Below the pieces are notes generated by a model. That model searched no databases and was not told the DNA's origin. It saw only the letters and a program-made list of their open reading frames with translations. The position numbers and the translations under genes are program-made. From IMG/VR virus record IMGVR_UViG_2698536677_000017: DNA of 5,474 nucleotides. One strand, written 5' to 3'. Positions 1 through 5,040 of the stretch are shown one piece after another (positions within the stretch are counted from its first letter, which is position 1; each line of letters starts with the position of its first letter). This DNA is from a virus. Its lineage: Duplodnaviria; Heunggongvirae; Uroviricota; Caudoviricetes.

Positions 1-46
1 GCCCTTTAATTTTTTCCCGCTCTTCTTGTGTAAATACTTTTGCCAT
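1..46 (-). CDS. 5' end of an unknown gene running off the window edge (first 15 codons, MAKVFTQEEREKIKG...)
   Basis: Seen in sequence: minus-strand ATG (complement of 44-46) preceded by GGAGG (complement of 52-56) with a 5-nt spacer, 15 nt downstream of the stop of the 62-832 gene; the frame stays open to position 1. Too short to assign a family. Confidence 0.4.
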   Translation of the reverse strand, partial: MAKVFTQEEREKIKG

Positions 47-61
47 AAGCGCCTCCGGCAA

Positions 62-832
62 TCACTTTTCCGATACAACACGGCGGGAAGAATCAGTAAT
101 CTGTCGAACAATATCCCGGTGCTTGTTCAGCTCCCGCAGCGCGGCGCAGACTCGCTCCCACTTCTGAACATCACTTTTCGCCCTGCGCAGCGCCAGGTTT
201 GCCCTGCGAAGGGACGGAAAAATCAGCTCATCTGCTTGCGTTTCGGTAAACGATGGCAACGGCTGCACAATGTCCGCCACAGTTTCTGTTTTAATTTCTT
301 CCTGTGTTGCGGCTTCCCGGACTGGTAACGCAGCACCTGCTGGCTGAGGAAAGGCCTTACCATCACTTTCCGTTACCAGCGCGGCTTTCGGCTCTGCTGG
401 TAAATTATCGCCCGGCATGCAGTAACGAAATTTACCGTTCTGATTAACGCGTGCCAGCCGCCCCGTTGCGGTTACCACCGCCAGCGTGGAAGCAACCTTG
501 CGAGTACTGACACCGAACTTACCCGCCAGTTCCTCACACGTTTTAGCCCCATCCTGACCGATAAACTCAATCATCATGTCTGCGGTAACTTTTTGTTCGA
601 CCTCCCCGGTCAGCATATCCTGTGCTTCAGATTTTACTGGCCGCTCTTCGGTTACCCGGGATTCACCTTCGCCAGCCAGAAACCAGGTGTGACCAGTTTT
701 ATCAACGACGCCTTTTCTTTTGAGTTCCCACAGCTCGTTGACAGCCTCTTCACGACTGATTCCAAGGCGAGCTGCCACCACATGTGAAGAGGCTTTTTTC
801 AGTGCTTTCAGTGCGTCAGATACGGTTTCCAT
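62..832 (-). CDS. Prophage protein, DUF1627/YdaW-like, with two winged-helix-like segments
   Basis: 256-aa ORF with ATG start (complement of 830-832) and GGAGG 8 nt upstream; it begins 21 nt after the stop of the DnaC-like gene, consistent with one operon. Two segments (AARLGISREEAVNELWELKRKGVV and CEELAGKFGVSTRKVASTLAVV) look like wHTH folds. Family assignment is from memory of DUF1627 proteins found downstream of replication genes in lambdoid prophages. Confidence 0.65.
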   Translation of the reverse strand: METVSDALKALKKASSHVVAARLGISREEAVNELWELKRKGVVDKTGHTWFLAGEGESRVTEERPVKSEAQDMLTGEVEQKVTADMMIEFIGQDGAKTCEELAGKFGVSTRKVASTLAVVTATGRLARVNQNGKFRYCMPGDNLPAEPKAALVTESDGKAFPQPAGAALPVREAATQEEIKTETVADIVQPLPSFTETQADELIFPSLRRANLALRRAKSDVQKWERVCAALRELNKHRDIVRQITDSSRRVVSEK

Positions 833-853
833 TAAAATTTCCTCCGGACAAAA

Positions 854-1569
854 TTACTTCACAACCCTCATATTGCTGACATTTGGACGCCAGCTATCCC
901 AGTTAAACGTCACCCATCGACCACCGTTCATGGTCATGCGGTCCATAATCCTCTCACCAAGAAGCGTACTCATTGCGGCATGATTCAGGTTTGTTAACAT
1001 CCCGACACTGCACAGTGATGCTGTCCGGCGATCAATTATCTGGTGCAATACCACCTGCTCGTTTTTCGTCTCCCGCTGAACGCCTATTTCATCCAGGACC
1101 AGCAAATCAACCCCGCAAAGCTCCTGTAAAAATTTTTCCCCGGATTTGCCGTTGTCGTAGCTGTCATGCAACACGCTCATGACGTCAGACACGGTGACGA
1201 TAATCACGCTGCGCCCCTTCACCATCAGCCGGTTGCCCATCGCCGCTGCAAGGTGATTTTTCCCGGTGCCACGGTCATCAGTTCGTCAGCTATGGATTTG
1301 GCCTGGCTCAGCGCGTATTTTTGCCCGTCGTTCTGCACCTGATAATTTGCAAACGAGCATTTGCTGTGCAGAGGCTGGATGCCCGAACGATTCAGGATTT
1401 TTTCCACCCGCAACTGGCGATTCTGGCGGTTAATCTCCTCGCTGCGTTTTCGTCCTTCAGCAAGTTGCCATTCCCGCCACTCCTCCACCGTCCGGTACGG
1501 TGGAACCGACCCCTGTGGTGCAAGTCTGCGAATACGTTCAAGAACCCCAACTGCCGCAATGTTTTTCAT
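854..1569 (-). pseudogene. DnaC-like helicase loader (phage replication protein, YdaV-like), disrupted by a frameshift in the Walker-A region
   Basis: Two overlapping minus-strand ORFs, 1225-1569 (N-terminal, ...NRSGIQPLHSKCSFANYQ...) and 854-1240 (C-terminal, ...VDLLVLDEIGVQ...MLTN...WVTFNWDS...), together cover a DnaC-like protein. The Walker-A core GTGKNHLAAA is encoded around 1238-1270 in the frame of the C-terminal ORF, but the N-terminal ORF reads through it out of frame (MTVAPGKITLQRRWATG then stop). The in-frame text just upstream (RTDDR) does not resemble the expected P-loop lead-in, suggesting an indel. Confidence 0.75.
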
Positions 1570-1575
1570 GACACG

Positions 1576-2538
1576 TCACCCCCTGAATCCCGGCGGTATT
1601 TCAGTGTCCGGTTCAGAAATGTGATTCACGCAACGCTGCGCAGGCGAACGCCCCAGGCGGATAACCAGTTCATCCCATTTTTCCCGGAGTTTTGCCGGAC
1701 TCATGATGTTTTTTACCCAGAACGAATCCCGCTGGAGACGCCCAAACATTTCACAAATTTGTCTGTGAGTTCTGCCATCCAGCATCCGCATTGTGCGAAC
1801 GTCATTGGCCCATGCTGTCCAGTTGGGTTCTTTCGGTCTAGTGATCTCGCCATCATAGCTGGCCGCCTGCTCGTAAAGACTCACGATTCGTCCCCAGATC
1901 CACTGTGCGCACACCAAATCTTCCTGACTTCCCCACTGGCGTTTTTTCGCACTGAACACAACCGCGTCAGGGTGTCGGGTTAAAAAATCCTGTTCAGCCG
2001 TCTGCGGGTCCGGTTGCGAAGCGTCCGGACAAGAAGATCTTTTATCTGACGGATCAGGTTTTAATACTGACGGATCGGGGTCAATCATCGCCCCCCTAAT
2101 CGGCAGTTTTTTATCAACAGTTGATCCATCAAAATTTGACGGGTCAACCGTTGAGGGGTCAATATTTGACGGGTCAACTGTTAACGGGTCATTTTTTGCC
2201 GGGCTAATTTTTCTTTTCGGTTTATATGACTCACGCGCCGCCGCCGCAGCTGCTTCGAGTTTTTCCACATTAAGCCGATAGATATTGCTTACATTACGCC
2301 CACCGACCTTACGCTCTTCCTTCGTCAGCCAGCCCTCTTTCGCCAGTTCTGCAATAGCCGATTTCACTGTGGATTCACTTCTTGCACCGATCTGACGCCG
2401 GATAGTTTCAATGGCAGGCCATGACACGCCCTCGTCATTGCTGTAGTCTGCAAGACGGGCCATAACCGCCACCCTGGATAAGATCATGCCGGTGAAGGCG
2501 CACCCTTCCCAGACAAGACCATGAAGCTTGCTGCTCAT
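1576..2538 (-). CDS. Replication initiator, lambda O-like / YdaU-like (N-terminal HTH DNA-binding domain, origin iterons inside the gene)
   Basis: Long minus-strand ORF. Start chosen as ATG (complement of 2536-2538) with a GGGGG SD-like run 4 nt upstream; an alternative GTG start lies at 2553. The N-terminus (MARLADYSNDEGVSWPAIETIRRQIGARSESTVKSAIAELAKEGWL) is HTH-like; the middle encodes DP(S/L)xxDPSTVD repeats matching the DNA iterons. Its stop is 6 nt before the DnaC-like start. Confidence 0.8.
   Translation of the reverse strand: MSSKLHGLVWEGCAFTGMILSRVAVMARLADYSNDEGVSWPAIETIRRQIGARSESTVKSAIAELAKEGWLTKEERKVGGRNVSNIYRLNVEKLEAAAAAARESYKPKRKISPAKNDPLTVDPSNIDPSTVDPSNFDGSTVDKKLPIRGAMIDPDPSVLKPDPSDKRSSCPDASQPDPQTAEQDFLTRHPDAVVFSAKKRQWGSQEDLVCAQWIWGRIVSLYEQAASYDGEITRPKEPNWTAWANDVRTMRMLDGRTHRQICEMFGRLQRDSFWVKNIMSPAKLREKWDELVIRLGRSPAQRCVNHISEPDTEIPPGFRG
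2047..2195. repeat. Iteron array (putative replication origin) inside the O-like gene, followed by an AT-rich tract to about 2230
   Basis: Seen in sequence: near-palindromic core TGACGG(A/G)TC(A) at 2047, 2068, 2137 and 2167, with variants TGAGGGGTC at 2152, TAACGGGTC at 2182 and TTGATCCATC near 2121. The last four copies sit at a regular 15-bp spacing. Immediately downstream is ATTTTTTGCCGGGCTAATTTTTCTTTTCGGTTTATATGA (about 2191-2230). Confidence 0.55.
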
Positions 2539-2560
2539 AAAACCCCCGAACACCGTGCTT

Positions 2561-2986
2561 TTAGTGCATCACCACAGCATTCCCTGCCGGGCCGCCGCGA
2601 TTCATCTGGTCATACAAAACAACCGCTGACGCAACAAAATCATCGACATCCTTCACCAGCCGATCCCTCCGTTCGACGATCTCACGGTAATATTCAGAAC
2701 TGTGGCTGCGCATACGGGCCACCAGCAAAGGCGGCATCGCCTTTTCGATCGCCGGTAACAGAGCCTGCATTTTTTTAACAGCATCAGGGGTGTCTTTCTC
2801 TACCCAGCGGAAAATTTTCTGGGTATTACGGGCCAGGGCTTCCGGATGGCTGTCGTCATACAGTTCCGGGAACGTCATTCCCAGCTCGAAATACGCTTTG
2901 GTAATTTTCGCAGCCGGTACTTTTTCGCCGTCCGGATGCGCCCAGACATTCATCGCCATGCGGATGTGTTCATGCTTGATTTTCAT
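2561..2986 (-). CDS. YdaT-like protein (Rac-type early gene; described either as a CII-like regulator or as a putative toxin)
   Basis: 141-aa ORF beginning MKIKHEHI..., ATG start with GGAG 7 nt upstream. Its start overlaps the stop of the upstream Cro-like gene by 4 bp (ATGA). Position (cro-like, then this gene, then O-like, then DnaC-like) matches the Rac ydaS-ydaT-ydaU-ydaV order. Family call is from memory. Confidence 0.65.
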   Translation of the reverse strand: MKIKHEHIRMAMNVWAHPDGEKVPAAKITKAYFELGMTFPELYDDSHPEALARNTQKIFRWVEKDTPDAVKKMQALLPAIEKAMPPLLVARMRSHSSEYYREIVERRDRLVKDVDDFVASAVVLYDQMNRGGPAGNAVVMH

Positions 2987-3285
2987 GAATCAACTCCATC
3001 AGATAAGCATGTACTACAATCACCTTCAGCATGAACTACATGTGTTTGCCCCAAACGAATGCCGCTCGCATACTCAGGCCAAATAAGCTCCCAATCATGG
3101 GGTCGTAGCTCCGCCCTACTTACTTGGCCTTCCGTCGCAGATTCGATCATAAGGGCGCGGGTTGGAGATATAGCTGTTCGTCCAGACGCCATTTGCGATA
3201 AGTAAGATGGCGATACACCAAGTCTGGCCGCGAATTTCTTAGCATCACCAACCCTTAATGATTTAATAAACTCTTTTAATGTCAT
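2983..3285 (-). CDS. Cro-like HTH regulator, YdaS family
   Basis: 100-aa ORF, ATG (complement of 3283-3285) with GAGGAAGG SD just upstream. The motif LGVSPSYLSQMASGRTAISPTRALMIESATEGQVSRAELRPHDW is typical of the YdaS/Cro-like HTH family. First gene transcribed leftward from the divergent operator region. Confidence 0.8.
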   Translation of the reverse strand: MTLKEFIKSLRVGDAKKFAARLGVSPSYLSQMASGRTAISPTRALMIESATEGQVSRAELRPHDWELIWPEYASGIRLGQTHVVHAEGDCSTCLSDGVDS

Positions 3286-3382
3286 ACCTTCCTCGGTTTA
3301 GTGTTTTTTTGCGAGTTTAGTGTTTAATAAACCATTAAGTCAAGTATTTGCTTGTTTAGTGATTACTAAAGATAATTACCAC
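3286..3382. promoter_or_regulatory. Divergent operator/promoter region (OR-like) between the Cro-like gene and the repressor gene
   Basis: Seen in sequence: three copies of the half-site GTTTAGT at 3296, 3315 and 3354. Two sit in palindromic contexts: AGTTTAGT-gttt-AATAAACC (3314-3333) and TTTAGT-gatt-ACTAAA (3355-3370). Candidate rightward promoter: -35 TTGCTT (3348-3353), 17-bp spacer, -10 GATAAT (3371-3376), placing the transcription start at or next to the repressor ATG (3383). Candidate leftward promoter: -35 TTGACT (complement of 3338-3343), -10 TAAACT (complement of 3314-3319), 18-bp spacer. Confidence 0.6.
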
Positions 3383-3754
3383 ATGCAAAAAAAAGAAATT
3401 CGCCGTTTACGTCTCAAGGAGTGGTTTAAAGATAAAACTCTGCCACCCAAAGAGAAGAGCTACCTATCTCAACTAATGAGTGGGAGAGCCTCGTTTGGAG
3501 AAAAGGCTGCCAGAAGAATAGAGCAAACATACGGGATGCCGGAAGGGTATCTGGATGCGGAATACGCAGAACAACCGGGGGTTTCTCCACCACATGCAGG
3601 GTTAACGTCTAATCAACTGGAATTATTGCAGATTTTTTCAGCCTTCCCTGAGGATGAGCAACGCCAGATAATCAGCGAGTTAAAGCAGAAAAAAGAATCA
3701 ATGGAAGATCTCATAGCGAGATGGATTGCGGCGCAAAAATGCCGCCGCGCCTGA
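3383..3754 (+). CDS. Prophage repressor, short HTH protein, DicA/RacR-like (no S24 peptidase domain)
   Basis: ATG at 3383 chosen over the GTG at 3320 given in the ORF track, because the upstream extension would cover the operator/promoter sequences. The N-terminal segment EKSYLSQLMSGRASFGEKAARRIEQTYGMPEGYLD is HTH-like; the C-terminal segment LTSNQLELLQIFSAFPEDEQRQI resembles the DicA C-terminal region as I recall it. No SD precedes the start and the -10 lies 7 nt upstream, so the mRNA is probably leaderless. Confidence 0.75.
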   Translation: MQKKEIRRLRLKEWFKDKTLPPKEKSYLSQLMSGRASFGEKAARRIEQTYGMPEGYLDAEYAEQPGVSPPHAGLTSNQLELLQIFSAFPEDEQRQIISELKQKKESMEDLIARWIAAQKCRRA

Positions 3755-3774
3755 GTTATAAAACCGGAGGAAAC

Positions 3775-3966
3775 ATGAATAGAGCCCTTTCACCAATGGT
3801 TTCTGAATTTGAAACCATTGAACAAGAAAACAGTTACAACGAATGGCTGCGTGCGAAAGTAGCAACGAGCCTTGCAGATCCGCGCCCAGCAATTCCCCAT
3901 GACGAAGTTGAGCGCAGAATGGCAGAACGCTTTGCTAAGATGCGTAAGGAACGGAGCAAGCAGTAA
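3775..3966 (+). CDS. Type II antitoxin, ParD/RelB-like ('stability determinant' type), partner of the downstream ParE-like toxin
   Basis: 63-aa ORF (MNRALSPMVSEFETIEQENSYNEWLRAKVATSLADPRPAIPHDEVERRMAERFAKMRKERSKQ). ATG at 3775 with GGAGG (3766-3770) 4 nt upstream; the upstream ATG at 3721 overlaps the repressor and has no SD. The stop TAA (3964-3966) is 1 nt before the toxin ATG. Small, acidic-to-basic profile and position upstream of the toxin are typical of antitoxins. Confidence 0.7.
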   Translation: MNRALSPMVSEFETIEQENSYNEWLRAKVATSLADPRPAIPHDEVERRMAERFAKMRKERSKQ

Positions 3967-3967
3967 A

Positions 3968-4246
3968 ATGTTACCCGTGTTATGGCTTGAAAGCGCAGAT
4001 ACCGACCTAGATGATATAACTAGTTATATTGCTCGTTTCGACATAGATGCGGCTGAACGCTTATGGCAGCGATTAAGGGGTTGTGTGCTGCCGTTATCCG
4101 AACATCCGTATTTATACCCACCAAGCGACAGAGTACCTGGCTTGCGTGAGATTGTAGCCCACCCTAACTATATAATTCTATACCGCGTAACAACATCAAG
4201 CGTTGAAGTAGTAAACGTGATCCACGCAAGACGCCAGTTTCCCTAA
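3968..4246 (+). CDS. Type II toxin, ParE/RelE superfamily
   Basis: 92-aa ORF (MLPVLWLESADTDLDDITSYIARFDIDAAERLWQRLRGCVLPLSEHPYLYPPSDRVPGLREIVAHPNYIILYRVTTSSVEVVNVIHARRQFP). The pattern W..A..DL..I..YI...D...A, then PG.RE......YII.YRV, then V.VV.V.H.RR at the C-terminus is characteristic of ParE/RelE toxins. ATG at 3968, 1 nt after the antitoxin stop. The ORF-track start at 3872 would overlap the antitoxin and is rejected. Confidence 0.8.
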   Translation: MLPVLWLESADTDLDDITSYIARFDIDAAERLWQRLRGCVLPLSEHPYLYPPSDRVPGLREIVAHPNYIILYRVTTSSVEVVNVIHARRQFP

Positions 4247-4265
4247 CTTTCACTACCAATAGAAA

Positions 4266-4310
4266 CATAACAACCGCAACGACTTTATCAAAAGCGTTGT
4301 GTTTGTTATG
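4266..4310 (+). terminator. Long hairpin downstream of the toxin gene (terminator candidate, or a regulatory palindrome)
   Basis: Seen in sequence: CATAACAACCGCAACG (4266-4281) pairs with CGTTGTGTTTGTTATG (4295-4310) across a 13-nt loop, giving a 16-bp stem with one mismatch and one G-U pair. A T-rich run (GTTTAGTTTTT, 4319-4329) follows, but only after a 9-nt gap, so it is not a textbook intrinsic terminator. Confidence 0.4.
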
Positions 4311-4316
4311 CCCCGC

Positions 4317-4358
4317 GGTTTAGTTTTTACTTGACTTAAGTTTAATGTTTATTAAACT
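4317..4358 (+). promoter_or_regulatory. OL-like operator plus rightward promoter candidate (PL analogue) for the ydfA-like operon
   Basis: Seen in sequence: GGTTTAGT (4317-4324) is identical to the OR copy at 3295-3302. A perfect palindrome AGTTTAAT-gttt-ATTAAACT (4339-4358) closely resembles the OR site at 3314-3333. Promoter candidate: -35 TTGACT (4331-4336), 16-bp spacer, -10 TAAACT (4353-4358), with the -10 inside the palindrome. Confidence 0.5.
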
Positions 4359-4537
4359 AAAAATACCAACCCACCCCGCCCCACAGAACGCAGGGAAATA
4401 CTTCGAGTTACCCGGCAGTGGTCAGGGGTTAAGTAGCCAGCCCGAGGCGTATGAACATGACGGCGGGAACACTTTGTATAACAGCGCAGCAGGTTTTTTG
4501 TTCCGCTACCCCGGCGTTAAGGGGAAATGAGGTCAAC

Positions 4538-4690
4538 ATGGATACGCTCAATCTTGGCAACAACGAATCTCTGGTATGCGGTGTGTTCCCTAACCAGGAC
4601 GGCACCTTCACCGCGATGACGTATACCAAAAGTAAAACGTTTAAAACCGCAGCTGGTGCGCATCGCTGGTTAGCAAGAAACACTGACTGA
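4538..4690 (+). CDS. Small prophage protein, DUF1391 family (YdfA/YdaF-like)
   Basis: 50-aa ORF (MDTLNLGNNESLVCGVFPNQDGTFTAMTYTKSKTFKTAAGAHRWLARNTD). ATG at 4538 with GAGG (4529-4532) 5 nt upstream; the in-frame upstream ATGs at 4451 and 4457 lack an SD. Family recalled from the Qin/Rac small proteins ydfA and ydaF, which sit next to the repressor gene in those prophages. Confidence 0.65.
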   Translation: MDTLNLGNNESLVCGVFPNQDGTFTAMTYTKSKTFKTAAGAHRWLARNTD

Positions 4691-4701
4691 TGAGGTTGAC
4701 G

Positions 4702-5040
4702 ATGGAATTTAAAGATTTACCTCCTTCAATCCAGGAGATTGCAGCACACACACTTCGTCATCGTCTGAACGAACTTGAATTGGAATCGGTAACAAAAAAA
4801 GACACTGATAATATGGCTCGCAATGTGCGCGATGCGTTTACTGGGCTGTTTTCAGATACAGCTTTAAATATCCATGGCACAGAGGATACAGCAAAACAAT
4901 TTGCAGAAAAAGAAGTGGAAGATCCCAGTTCAAAGAGCCAGAAACAGCCAAACAACCATGAAATTAACGAACTGCTTCTGGCAACAGGCTTCATAAATAT
5001 TAACGAATATGAACGCCGTAAAAAAATGTTATCTGATTAA
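4702..5040 (+). CDS. Hypothetical acidic protein, 112 aa, no recognisable family
   Basis: ORF with ATG at 4702 preceded by GAGG (4692-4695) at a 6-nt spacing. An alternative start is the ATG at 4690, which overlaps the stop of the upstream gene as TGATG. No hydrophobic segment and no motif I recognise. Confidence 0.6.
   Translation: MEFKDLPPSIQEIAAHTLRHRLNELELESVTKKDTDNMARNVRDAFTGLFSDTALNIHGTEDTAKQFAEKEVEDPSSKSQKQPNNHEINELLLATGFININEYERRKKMLSD

Noticed and set aside
26-328. 100-aa plus-strand ORF
   Set aside because: Lies antisense to the DUF1627-like gene and overlaps the start of the edge gene; no SD; composition unlike a real protein.
593-1182. Plus-strand ORFs 593-787, 720-983 and 973-1182
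   Set aside because: All are antisense to the DUF1627-like and DnaC-like genes, with no ribosome-binding sites or family resemblance.
1321-1983. 220-aa and 87-aa plus-strand ORFs (1321-1983, 1361-1624)
   Set aside because: Antisense to the DnaC-like and O-like genes, whose homology is recognisable; long antisense ORFs are expected here by chance.
2047-2195. Possible CRISPR array (short direct repeats)
   Set aside because: The repeats are only 9 to 12 bp, degenerate, lie inside and in frame with a coding region, and have no spacer-like unique inserts. They are origin iterons, not CRISPR repeats.
2521-3086. Plus-strand ORFs 2521-2778, 2790-3086 and 2846-3034
   Set aside because: Antisense to the O-like, YdaT-like and Cro-like genes; no SD and no family resemblance.
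3320-3382. GTG-initiated N-terminal extension of the repressor (track start 3320)
   Set aside because: It would place coding sequence across the operator half-sites and both promoter elements; the ATG at 3383 fits a leaderless start 7 nt after the -10.
3721-3774. Upstream ATG starts for the antitoxin (3721) and the toxin (3872)
   Set aside because: They overlap the preceding genes out of frame and lack an SD, whereas the internal ATGs at 3775 and 3968 have proper ribosome-binding context.
3698-3892. 64-aa minus-strand ORF
   Set aside because: Antisense across the repressor/antitoxin junction; no SD.
4429-4683. 84-aa minus-strand ORF
   Set aside because: Antisense to the ydfA-like gene and its leader; hydrophobic low-complexity translation; no SD.
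4758-4994. 78-aa minus-strand ORF
   Set aside because: Lies entirely inside and antisense to the 112-aa gene; the genuine minus-strand gene here has the better start context at 5223.
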